Positions 1 through 12,245 of a stretch of DNA of 58,356 bases are shown here, in pieces. Below the pieces are notes generated by a model that saw nothing but the letters and a program-made list of their open reading frames with translations, was not told the DNA's origin and made no database searches. The stretch is from Dimorphilus gyrociliatus (Eukaryota; Animalia; Annelida). How positions within the stretch are numbered: the first letter of the stretch is position 1; each line of letters starts with the position of its first letter. Both the position numbers and the translations under genes were made by a program. Location: positions 1 to 58,356 of the forward strand of contig CAJFCJ010000099.1 of the NCBI GenBank assembly GCA_904063045.1, given 5' to 3'.

Positions 1-1709
1 GAGATAGAGAATATTGCAGATAAACCGCCTTGCTTTGTTGAGACTCTAAGAATTGAATTAACTCTTTCTCTGGTTCATATTCATTTGTACCTATTTTACT
101 TTTGGTTCTTTTAACCCACAGTTCCTTTAGAGAATCTGTAAAGTTTCCCACTGCCAATTGGTCGGACTTGTTCTGCGCCTAACAATTTTATTACACTCCG
201 CATATATTCTGCAAGTTTTACTAAGGTGTCACCAGCACCTATATCCAGTTTCCCATAGCCGTGGATTCTGTTGACCATCTCCTCATATTTGTCTATTCTA
301 TTAAAGTGACGATCTAATCTTTCTAAAGCTGATTCAAAGCTTCCACTTGGGTGGGAAGCATATTCTTGTATTAGGGTCCTTACTGATTCGTCTAAACGTG
401 ACATCAAAGCTTCAAATTTGACATAACTATCGACATTTGGGAATTTCTCTGAGAATGTTGCTATCCGACATCTGAATACTGTATACTCTACAGGGTTTCC
501 TTTGAACTCTGTTATTCAACCAAACAATTCTTTAATTTCTTCCTCTGGGGATTTGTTTCTACCAAAATTCATGCAACAATTACTTAGATTTCCTTTCGCA
601 ATCAATTTAATTTTTCCTTCCAGCAAGTCTAGCCTTTCTTCCAAACCATAAAGATTTTTGTCCAACAACTCTGTGACTTGTTCCTTTATGTGGAATGAAT
701 TTTCTTTAAATAACCATTTATATCACTCCTCAAGACGCAATATTTTGCCTTTAAAAAAGTTTATTAATTGTTCCTCCAAATGCCCGCGAGCTAACTCATC
801 TTCCCATACCGCTTCCTCTATGATAGGCAAGATTATCTCCTTTGCCTTTGCTACGATTTCATATTCGTATTGATAACTCCTTTATTCGAGGGTCGATAAT
901 CTATTAACTATTTCCTCTGATTTATCCTTTGGAACTTTTTCTTTCCAGATCATTTCGGATTCCAGTTCCTTTAAGTAGATAAGATTTTCATTTCTGCTGG
1001 AGGATTGAATTCTTTGCTCTCTCAATAACGATTTTATAGATTCGGAGTCGCTATCTGAAAGGTCTAATTTGAAGTCATTTCTTTTTCTCCTGACTTCTGA
1101 ATTTGGTAACTCGGAATTTATCGAATTTGCATCTTCGTAGTCTGCTAAAGGAGGAAATTCCTCTACTAAAGATCTTTGCTCCGAAGTGTGAATTTCTTTT
1201 GATTTGAATTCTGTTTCTTTCATCCAAAATTCCGACTTAAAAGGTTTCTTTACCAACTTCACTGTTTGGAGCCAACCGTCATCTCTGTCCTCCTCTCTAG
1301 GAACATATCTTCCGTCTTTAATACTTTCTTCCATTTTCTCTAACCAATTTTCGAGTTTGCTGAGATCTGAGGAATGATATGTTCCTACCTTTTCTCTTGT
1401 CCAACTTAAAATGTCCTTAATGTACCAAATTTTTGCGATAACATTGGCTCTTGAATGACTCCTTTTTGAGTAAATTCTTAAGAGGGGGGCTTTTTGATGT
1501 AACAATCTTGAAACTAACGCGCCTTTTAATTGAGATGGCAATATAGAATCTTCAAAATCATCAGAGTTTATATTGCTCGCCATTTTAATTTTCAAAGTTT
1601 TTTCAATGGTCAAACGTTCTGTCTTCCAAACGGTTATAAATACCTTTGGTTCTTGATTATTGAAATATTCTTTTCTACTGGACAATTCCCAGCTATTCTT
1701 AACTCCCAA
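1..1709 (-). mobile_element. gag: BEL/Pao LTR-retrotransposon gag, degenerate (DUF1759-like region)
   Basis: ORFs 882-1709 and 111-407 lie in one frame, interrupted only by stops at 882, 723 and 516. Reading through gives EFKGNPVEYTVFRCRIATFSEKFPNVDSYVKFEALMSRLDESVRTLIQEY...SFESALERLDRHF, matching the Pao gag DUF1759 pattern (F.G.P.E...F......K...L...L...A...I.....Y..A...L..RF). A frameshift near 111 continues in another frame off the window edge. Confidence 0.7.
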
Positions 1710-2166
1710 CGGTTAAGATATTCTCAACTTTCGAATGTGAGGAACAATTTAAATTCTCCTTTCTGAAATGTCCCAAAAACGTAAAACTAATTCAAAATTT
1801 GTCTTATTGAGAACTTCGTCTTGTCTTTACTTTTGAATAAAGTAGGAAAAGGACTTTATTTTAATAATTACCGTGAAACATATATCTTAACGATATATAT
1901 TATGACGGTAAAGACAATTCAGCTACTGAACGTACACCAAGGGCCACCTGGCAGGATTCTTACAACGTTACGTTTAAAAGATACATCGGCCCTCTGCCGG
2001 CTATTACAAACGTTATTTATTGTAACTTATTCAACACAAGACAATTAACCTTTTTTTAAATGGAAATGAAAGGTTAAAATTAATTGAATGGCATTTTTTA
2101 ATGTTATTTTATTTTTCATTATATATTAAACTTTTAACAACAAGTGAAAAAATATTAGTAGAGATA

Positions 2167-5100
2167 ATGAAATTTGTATTATTTTATGAAATAATATTTT
2201 TTCTCATAGATTTTAAAAATATTGTTGCTTCATCAATGTTTTTACAAGTCGAAAGTGATAATCATGGTCGAGTTGAAGGAATTTTAAAAGTATTACATCC
2301 AGAAAAAAGAATACACATTGTAATAAAATACCAAAGATCTATTTTTCCTCTTGAAGCTACATTATGCAAAGCAAGTAATTATGATGATTTTTATGGTATT
2401 AGTAGACCATATTTCTTAAACTATACCGTTGATCATCATGCAATCATACAGATTTTTACACCATGTTGCAAATAGTAAGTTCATTCATAAATTTTTTTCT
2501 TTTTCTTTTAAAACATTTTCCTATTTTTTATAGTCTTTTTTTAAAGGGAAAAATATCATATGGCATTCATTTACAGTGTTTTAAGAGAAATGCAACATGT
2601 AAGTTTAAATTCAAATGTATTTTGGTGTTTAAAAAAGATTTTTATTCTCTGGGAAAAATAGTTGCCTTTGCAGTATTTGGTTCAAATGGATTTGAATATC
2701 AAATGTTATGGAAAGATAAAAATAGATTTTATACTATGAAACAAAGTATAAAATCATATTCATTTTGTTCATTATCAGAATTTATTTATCATGATAGTGT
2801 ACTTGTGAAAAAGAATAAAACATTTATTGCATTTTTTAATACTGGAACATTTAAAGTTGATATAGCGAAAGAATCTAGTTTTAACACATCTTTATACTCA
2901 ATTCTTTGTAAATACTTTGATCTTTATGGTATTAGAAAATGAAATAAAAATTTATAACTAAAAGTATAAAATAAATATTTTAGACTTGAGATTGATAACA
3001 CAAGATGAAAATCCTTCGTTATATCAATCTTTTGAACACATTTATAATGGATTCATCCTGCCTAGTTATTCATATTTTTTCTTTTCTAAGACATATGGTA
3101 TTTTTCCAACATTTTTTCAATTGGATAATTCCATCAATACTGATAGAGAAAAAATTAGTATAACTAATAAGTTGATTTGCCAATTACTGTCAAAATCAGC
3201 AACATCAGTCATTCATCAGCAGATTTTAGAACCCTTTACATTTACATCGGTAGATATTCATTACTTGTATTTTTAAAAGAAATTATTCATTTTACTGGTA
3301 TTATTCGTTTTATTATTCAGGTTCCTGTTATATATAATTGTAGTTATAGAGCAAGTCAATATAGGGATTGTTATGTACACTTTTCAAACCCAAAAGAACA
3401 AATCACTTATGCTAATCCAGTTTGTCTTGCAAAAACAAGTAAAAATTATTTAGTTTCAGTCCAATCCCCATTCAATCCTATATATTCAAGTTTTTCTTTC
3501 ACTTTAAAAGATTCACGTTATATACTCTATAATGATGAAAATAATTTCTTACTATATGGTAAAAAACATAACCTGACTGAATTTAATGGAATATTTCTAT
3601 ATTTAAGACTCATCATTTGGATCCATTTTAAAAGTTTAAAATACAATGAAATTCAAATAATTTGTAGAAATTTCGGTTTTAGTTATGGAACTTTAATAGA
3701 TTATGACTATGGAAAATATTCTAAAACTGTATCACAAAGCAGTGGCTTATACGCTGAGACTTTTTCTTGTGAGAATGACAATCTTCATGACTGCTACATC
3801 ATATATCCAGATAGAAGGTAGTGTAGATATGTATTTGGGATTATGGGGGAGGGGCAAAAAGAAATTTTAAGAAATCGATAAAAAACTTTCCAAAAAAATA
3901 TCAATGGTATTTTCTTCAAACTGTCAACATTTTCTCTAAAATTTCCCTAACATATTAAATATTCGATAAAAATTTTCTCAATATTCCCAACAGACTACCA
4001 TCAACAAATGTTCCATATTTCATTAAATGTTCAAAAGAACAAGGTTTAAAAAATTTTGAATGAACACTTTTCAAAAAATTGATATCTCTTTTTCTAGTGA
4101 TTGATTGCAAAAGAAAAGATGCATATAGTTTATATGATGTTTGTTATAGTGTTTTTGAAAATGTTAACACTTTAACAATTGATGAAATTGGTCAAAACTG
4201 CAAAAAAGATAATTTGACATTGACTGATATTCCATCATCAAATTTTTTGTTTGCCTATATGTTTTTGCTTGTTGAAGTAGAATTTATATTTAATTTTAAG
4301 TTTCCAAATAGTTGGTATATTTTATCTCTTCCTTTTTCAAACACTTATTCAAAATCTATAAAATTAGGAGTTGTACAAAAAAATATGACACATTCAAAAT
4401 CTGAAGACTTTCCTTTGCAAATTAAACAAATTGAAGTGTCTGCAAGTAATAATCCTATTTTATACAAATCAAAAAATTATATAGGATATAATAAGGTAAA
4501 ACAGAAAAGGGATTAATTTGAAAATGTCCTCAAGATTATTTATTCAAAAAAGGTTAAAAGGAGTAATGTAACAATTGATTTGAGTTAAGGGTAGTTAAAA
4601 ACGTTAATGAAAACTCTGTATTTTGGGGATATTTTCCCTCACATCCTAATCTTACTTTATATACGAAAAATTATAAAAACAAATTATTATGTCTTTTAGA
4701 AATGTCAAAATAAAAAAACTTTATTGTCAACCTACCTGGAACGAGGGTATTTTGAAAGTTTTACATTCATATCAGAGCCCTATCTTGGATGTAGTATATA
4801 CCAGCTTACAGTTGGAAATATTTTGCCTTATCTATCAGGGAAGTTGGTTGAATGTGACGTTTGGACTAAACTTTATATTTGTCATCAACAACCCAGTAGT
4901 TACATCTTTTTTATTCAATCAGCCTGCATATTATTACTCTATTAAAATAGGAGTTAAACATTTAAATGACATAATGAAAAATTTAGTGATAGATGAGATG
5001 AAAAATTGTCCTAAAAACACATTCTTTTGTCAAAGCGAAAAAAATTGTATATCAAACATCTATGTATGTGATGGAAAATTTGACTGTCTTTTAAAGGAAG

Positions 5101-8100
5101 ATGAATTAAATTGTGCTGAAAGTGAATTTATGGAATTTCATTGTCTGACTTCTTTAGAAAAAATCAATTATAAGCTGGTTTGTAATTTTGTTGAAAATTG
5201 TCGAGATGGTTCTGATGAAAATTTTTGTCAAACACCAAATTGTCCTCAAAATTACAAGTAACGTCATTTGAGAAATATCTTCATAATGAATAAAACATTT
5301 CCCCTTGTGACAGAAAATGTTCGAATGGACAATGTATACTTAACAGTCATTTGGGAGATGACGAAAAAAATTGTTTTGATGATAGTGATGAAAATCCAGA
5401 ATACATTAAAAATCAGTTTACTAACAGTAGTCTCGTAGTATTTTAATGTTTTGAGTCAAACTATTTTCTTTCTTTTTTTCCTTAGTTACATTTCAAACTT
5501 GCAAAAAGAAAATCATTCAAAACACATCTCTATGTGACTTTAGAAAAGACTGTCAGAATGCTTGGGATGAAGAAATTTTCTCTTGCTATGAAAAAATCCA
5601 GCATTTATCATCTGTTATATGTCATCCCGAAAAATTTGAGCACCGATGTAAAATAAAGTACAGCTCCACAGGATATTTACAAACAAGACCACATTTCCCT
5701 TACGACGAAATTGATTCTTGTCACGTTTCAAAATGCGATATTGGAGAATATTTGTGTCATTTTGAAACATTTTGTATTTCTATTCAACAATTTTGCGATG
5801 GTATCAATCATTGTTTCCATGGAGATGATGAGCTCTTCTGCGGTAAGAAAAAATCATGAAAAAAATAAAATGAATATTTTTCAGGAATACAAACAAAGAA
5901 TTCGACATTTGACAGATAATTTTAATCCAATTGGCGTTTTTATGTGCAAAAATGAAAAGCTGTACTTAATACCAGAGAAAGTTTGTAATGGAATTGTAGA
6001 CTGTGCTCATGGTAGTGATGAACTTTTGTGTTACAACACATCCAAGAAACTTTACAGTCATAATTATTGTATACAAAAGTATTCCTATCATTTAATTTGC
6101 AATAATTCAAAATTCGAAAATGGAATTGAAAAATTTGAAATTTATTCAAAACATTTGAAAGCTTTAACAATAATTGGAACATTTCAATTCACAATTCAGA
6201 ACTCAGAATTTTATAAATTAAGTCTAATTCACATTCAAAATTGTTTGATTGAAAATTTTCCCATTCACTATTTTCCAAATATTGTAATTGTCATTTTAAA
6301 GAATACTAGTCTTTTGGAATTACAAACAAGAGACACTAATGAGAGTTTCAGTCTGGCTTCATTAGTGCAGTATATTGATATTTCATATAATCCGATAAGA
6401 AATCTAACAAAGTTTTTAACAAATTTCAATGGAAGTGTTCTAAGATATTTAGATATTTCGCAAACAAAAATTACAAACCTGAACTCTGAAAATATTCAAA
6501 AATTAAGTAATTTAAGAATTTTTAAATTGGCAAATTGTCGGATAAAAGTTGTTACAATGAAATCGTTTGAATATTTGAAAGAATTGAGAGAATTGCATAT
6601 GAATTCTACAAATTTTCCTTTGAAAAGATCCAATTATATTTCCAGAAGTATACAAAAAGTTCAAAAAGTATTCTCAAACAATTTTAATTTTTGCTGTTTG
6701 GTTTGGAAATATATATCACAATTTGTAATTTGTCAACCGTTTACATCGCAATTTCAAATTTGTTCCACCTTGTTGGCAACTAATGTGATAAGAATTTTAT
6801 TCTGGATTTATGGTACTGGCGGATTTTTGGGAAATATTTTAGCCTTATTTATGTTATTAGTGCATCAAAAAACTTTTGTATCCTATCAAACAACTCTAAT
6901 ATTCGGTGATTTTTTTACGAGTTTATACCTTTTAAATATTGCAATTGTTGATTTATATTATAAAAATCAATACCTTGATGAAGATTACAATTGGAGATAT
7001 GGAATATATTGTAATGGATTAGGTAGTCTGATGTCATTTGCCGTTTTATTATCTTCAAATAGTGTCTCATTATTGACACTTGAAAAATACTTTGCAATAA
7101 CCTCAATCAGAAAAGATACAATTTTAGTCATAAAAAGGAAGGCTTGGTTTATGGGATTAAATGTGGTGACATCCCTGCTATTAGCAACAATTCCAGCTGT
7201 CATATATGATGTAACATAAATTGAGAAATAGTTGACTTTCTTTGTTTTAGAAAGTATATAAATTTTCTTTGTAGAATTTCTTTTCAAAAACGCCAATTTG
7301 TTTTAATATTCATATTAGAAAGGAATTAACGGAAGGATGGTTTTTTTCGTTTTTTTATTTTGGTGTTATACTTCTGTTGAATAATATAATTATTTTTGTT
7401 TCATATGTTTTGATTTTTTTGACTGTAAGAAAGTCAAAAGTAGAAATGAAAAAAATGATTAAATCAGAAAAAAATCAATCAATGTTATCAAAATCAATAA
7501 TTATTATAATCTCTACAAATTTTTTATGTTGGATGCCATTTTGTCTACTTGGAGTATTGGCAATATTTGTTGATTTAAATATCAAAAATAATATATATTA
7601 TTTAATATTTATTATATTTTTACCATTAAATTCTGTTGTTCATTCGGCAGTTTTTATCTATAGTTTTGTTTTTGAATATAGAAATCTTTCAAAGGCAAAA
7701 TTTCAGAAGAAAATGTTTGTTTTGTTTTTAAAAGGACTAATATTTATAACTGTAGTTTTTTTTCAATTTTCCTCACAAATAGGAAATTGTTAGAAGAGGA
7801 GTATTTGTGTAAAGTAAAATCCGATGGTAAAAGGAGTTTTTTTGTTGAATTGTTTATTTTATGACTTACAATTTTTTAAATAGTTGCATCTTTCATCAAT
7901 GACTCAGTGGAAAATAACGTTTTTTCGAAAATGGATGTGATGTGTTTTAGAAGAATTGACTATTCTAATGAAATCTATGACGTTGGCACGGTTTTAGAAC
8001 TATGTAAAAGTGTTATTTCATCAATGGAGTTTCTGGTAGAGAAATCATTCAGTTTGCAAGGACCATTAGATATTGATCAGATATTTTTTAATGTAAGTTT

Positions 8101-8293
8101 TCTCTTCATAAAAGAAAATTGCTTTCTCTTTTCTCTTTTTAATAGTTTTGTTTTTCTTTTCTAGATAAAATCAAAAAAATTTTTCCTTGTAATGGAAAAA
8201 GTTAATTTTTTTAGCATAGAAAATCATCAAGAGAATATTCATAAATATGGAATGCTTTTGAAAAGAATATTGCAAGAAAGAACAGAAATATAA
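2167..8293 (+). CDS. GRL101-like / LGR-type GPCR, multi-exon: signal peptide, SRCR-like, CTL-like, several LDLa, LRR, 7TM, C-terminal kinase-like remnant (paralog A)
   Basis: LDLa motifs (CDGKFDCLLKEDELNC, CNFVENCRDGSDENFC, CDGINHCFHGDDELFC, CNGIVDCAHGSDELLC), LRRs (LRYLDISQTKI, LRIFKLANCRI), hinge NFNFCC, TM1 GGFLGN, TLEKY (DRY equivalent), CWMP, LPLNS. ORF fragments join in frame across short GT-AG introns (e.g. about 5841-5882 and 7212-7274). Last exons 7783-7826, 7884-8092, 8165-8293. The 5' exon boundaries are approximate. Confidence 0.88.
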
Positions 8294-9047
8294 AAAACTT
8301 GTTTTATTCATCTCTTGTCTGTTCTCTCGTTGTATTGTAATTGTATGAATTTTGGGTTTATTACACCTCAATTAGCATTTTCTGAATGTACTTAAACAAA
8401 TGACATCCTACACAAATAGTTTCAACAGATGAAATATTAAAAACAACGAAGCTCAAAAGTATCGTACATAAATGTTTCTTGTTCCTTTTGACATTGGGCT
8501 GTGTCAAATATGGTGTAAGATTAATAACATCACAAAGTAATTTTTTTGTTATGATCTATTCAATTTACTACAAGTTATTTTTTATGATGCTGCCAGTTTT
8601 TTTAATTTGTTGTGAGTAGTATTGAATATTAATTAGAGCCAATCTTTTTATAATATATAATTATATTAATTAGAGCAAATCTTTTGATGTCATAATTTTA
8701 ATTGGACACTTGTTCCAAGTTTGGTAAAATAGATTGAATAAAATTATCTCTGCTAAAGGCTCCTTTTACTTGTTATTATATTAGTTGAAAATTTTTTAAA
8801 TGCTTTTCTTAGCAGATTCTAATGCACTATGCCCAGGGTTCATTCTCGTCTGGGGGCATTTTGTCCAAGTGTCGTTTTGTTCAGGATTCCTGAAAATTTT
8901 CTCTAAAAATACATAATGTCACTTTTTACTGAGAAGATAACAGAGAAGTCTGTTCAGCCCATAACAAAAGCTCAGCCAAACATTGATATAGACACTGGAA
9001 ACTAAATTCTAACCTCAACCTAAGACTTGTACAAGCCTGTCTTAGTA

Positions 9048-9243
9048 GGATGCGACAGAAAACGACCACAAATTGGTGTTTTTACCCTAACCCTAACCCA
9101 GCCCTAACCTTTTCCATTACCCCTAACCCTTAAAGGAGACCCTCCTAAGTACAGATCAGTTGCTGTTTTCTTCTGCCTAACCATTTCTCAATCCAAATTT
9201 TTGTCTTGAAATTTCTCATTTGTGGACGTTTTCTGTCGGCCCC
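9048..9243. mobile_element. Mutator-type MITE (~196 bp) with telomere-like CCCTAA motifs
   Basis: 9-bp TSD gtcttagta (9039-9047 and 9244-9252); TIR gacagaaaacgaccacaaat / atttgtggacgttttctgtc; internal ccctaaccctaacccagccc. Confidence 0.85.
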
Positions 9244-9433
9244 GTCTTAGTAAACTTCTACTAACTAACCAGTACTCTGCTAATCTGTCAAAGATCTACT
9301 AAGCTCTAGCACGTAACCATCAAGGAAAAAATCCTGCCATTGTAATTTACTGTAATGACAGAATGTATCGATATCAAGGGCTCGGGCTATTTTCAACCTT
9401 GGTTATTTTATTCTACATACATAAAAAATTAAC

Positions 9434-12245
9434 GGGAACAACAGAAGTCGCCCAGGGCAGAAGTCGCCCAGGACAGAAGTCGCCCAGAAATTGATAGAAG
9501 TCGCCCAGAGCTGTGACAGAAGTCGCCCAGAACTGTGATAGAAGTCGCCCAGGACTATGACAGAAGTCGCCTAGAACTGTAGAAGACATAATGTGTTTGT
9601 TCTTTGTTTCTATTGATTTCTGACAATTGAAATATATAATAAGTATTAATAAATATAGAATGCATCATTTAATAATAACTAAATAGTGAATGAATTAAAT
9701 AATAAAATACTGGCATTCTGTTGAAGGTTTCACATAAATATCATTTATTTGCTTAAACTTGTGCACAAACTTGAGGTTCTATTTGGATCAGTACAGCAGA
9801 AAATTCCCACAATCACAATACAAAGTACAGTATTGAGTTTTAAACTACAAATCTTATGCATTTCATTTAATTTATTAAATTTGTTTCTACATTCAAAGCA
9901 GAATTTTGCCATGTTCATCAATTTCTTTCAAATACCTCTTATGTCAAAGATCATGACAATAAAAAAATTGTAGATATGATATTAATGGTACCCACCACAT
10001 GATGCTAGAAGTAGTAGAGTAGATGTTGCCTCTAGGGTAGATGGTACCGAACTACCAGAATCAAGCCCTTTTATAGGCAAAAGATAAGATATTACATAAC
10101 CAAACATGTTGACAACAACACTACAAAGTACAGTAATGAGTTTTAAACTACAAATCTTATGCATTTCATTTCATTTCTGAGTAGAGTTGACAACATTTTT
10201 CCAAAACTTGTGATGAAGTCATCTGATGAGCTTCAAATTTCTCCCAAATTTTAAATATTTCATTCTGCATATTTTTATATTGTCTTCTTTGATATCTTAA
10301 TATCTTTCTCTCTGATAGCATTCTTTGATATGCTGGGATAAGATCTGCCTCTCATTTTAATTCATCTACTACCAAATAGAATGAAGAATTTGCTCTTAAA
10401 TTGCCATTTAGCCGATTATGGAACCCCTCCACATCATTATTAGTTCTAATAGCATTTTTATAAATTGACCATTGCTTTGGTGACCAAATTCTATCCATCA
10501 TCCAATTCCTTTCAAAGTACTTTATTAGATCACCTAGTTTTTTTACTGATTGAAGGTAATCCTTAATTCTTCCAAATTCTATTGGAATTATGTGAAATGG
10601 AAGAAATGGTAATGCCATAAGCTGCCTCATTTCAAACCACTGTCCTCTTTTTTTTTTAAAGTCTGATGAATATCCAAGTTCCTATTAAAACAAAAAATGT
10701 AGAGTAAATCATCTTATATAAAAATAGCCTCATTTTCACCTGAATTTTTCTGTAAACAGCTTGATTCCAATGGAATAAACAGCCTGTTAGTGTAACACTT
10801 TCCCAATTGTCTAATGCAGCTTTCCATACTGCTCTTTCATAGTCCAGAACAATTTTCTTTGGTGTTTTGTATTCCAAAAGTTCATTTAGTGTCTGTTAAT
10901 AAAATGTTATTTACTTTGAAAAAATTGTATTTTTATAAATACCCTTACCCTAAACAAAATATTGTATGCTTTTTTCTTCTTTGATGTCATAAAAGCAAAG
11001 AGTAGAGGAACTTGTTTTAAGGTGGATGAATGTGTGATTTAGAACCTAAGTGAAAATTGCTACCTCTTTGAATTATACTGGCAGGGCATCTGATTTTCTT
11101 GTTCCTGACACTACATATCCAAATAGTACTACTTTTGTACTGTCCTTTTATAGTAAAAGAATTATTATTGTGTACAAGCAACTTTTTTTCTCTTTGACTT
11201 CCATTTTCAAATACTTTGAAATGACCATCTGCCTCATCAATCTCCTCTGGTAAACTTTCAAAGGAATCCTCAACATCTTCAACAGTTGGTATTCTCTCAT
11301 CATCCAAAGTTGCCTCCATAGTTGATGCAGCACAGTTGATTTCATCTGTGTTCATGTCTTTTAAAGGTAGCTCATTTGCTTCAATAGCATCTGCTGAGAA
11401 ATGAGAAACAACTTGTTCATGATCAACATCCATAGAAGTAACCGTAATGTTTGCTAATGTCTTATCTTTCTCTACAGCATTTTTTATTGGCTCTTTAATA
11501 TTTCCCTCAATAGTAGATTCTTTAGTTGCATCTTTGATTGTACAACTATTATCACACCTTCTCAAAACAATTTTCAAACTTCTGATTTGAATAGATGAGC
11601 AAATGGAGCATAATCCATCTAACAAAATTAAACATAAACATTAAGATTTAAATATGAAAAATCTAACCTGATAAGCATGTCCAATGAAGTTTGTGAGAAC
11701 AATGAGAACATGTTCCTTGTTTTAGTTTATTAATTTTTTTTCTACATTCAAAGCAGAATTTTGCCATGTTGATAAATTTCTTTCAAATACCTGTTATGTC
11801 AAAGATCATGAGAATTAAAAAAAAATTGTAAGATATATACATGATTTTAAAGAGACTAATATTTTTATCAAAACAATTGTTACTTTTGAAGGATTACAAT
11901 GCAGAAAATCACTTAATTCGAATAGCTAACAATTCAATTTTCACAACAAATCAAGTGGTAAAACATTACTCTACAAAAAAAACTGGTAAAACAATTTCTT
12001 TCATTATCACTCAGAGATTACAAATAATAAATACAAACTACTTCATAAATTATTTTCATATATTTTGCATTTTATTAAGCATACTGTAAACTTCTAGTAC
12101 ACTTCTGGGCGACTTCTGTCATAGTCCTGGGTGACTTCTATCACACTTCTGGGCGACTTCTGTCACAGCTCTGGGTGACTTCTATCAATGTCTGGGCGAC
12201 TTCTGTCCTGGGCGACTTCTGCCCTGGGCGACTTCTGTCGTATTC
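9434..12245 (-). mobile_element. Mutator/Phantom-type DNA transposon (E1), internally deleted FLYWCH-MULE transposase
   Basis: Perfect 9-bp TSD aaaattaac (9425-9433, 12246-12254). TIRs of ~140 bp built from tandem cagaagtcgccc units (9434-~9580 and ~12095-12245). FLYWCH-like WICSVRNKKIRCPA...H.H, DYE, GCLFHWNQA and RTNNDVEGFHNRL motifs. The first catalytic DGTF segment is missing. Confidence 0.92.

Noticed and set aside
1790-2040. Possible 5' LTR of the BEL element (TGTTGA... start at ~2036 on the minus strand, AATAAA present)
   Set aside because: No second LTR in the window, and no clear CA end or primer-binding site. Plausible but unsupported.
5711-5885. N-terminal part of ORF 5711-7219, and ORF 4689-4945 in the long frame
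   Set aside because: Wrong frame or intron read-through; the true LDLa/CTL exons use other frames joined by short introns.
8830-8890. GC-rich ggggcattttgtcc...ttttgttcaggattcc patch resembling a solo MULE-type TIR
   Set aside because: No partner end or TSD found.
9084-9135. CCCTAA/TTAGGG hexamers as an interstitial telomere or chromosome-fusion scar
   Set aside because: Only 2-3 units, always at the same position inside a TSD-flanked MITE.
9434-9580. Regularly repeated agaagtcgccc units (also 12095-12245, 22587-22710, 23610-23715, 33933-33995, 36505-36621) resembling a CRISPR array
   Set aside because: Units are 11-16 bp with short, mutually similar spacers. They occur as inverted pairs at transposon ends with 9-bp TSDs, in a eukaryotic context with no cas genes. 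They are MULE TIR sub-repeats.
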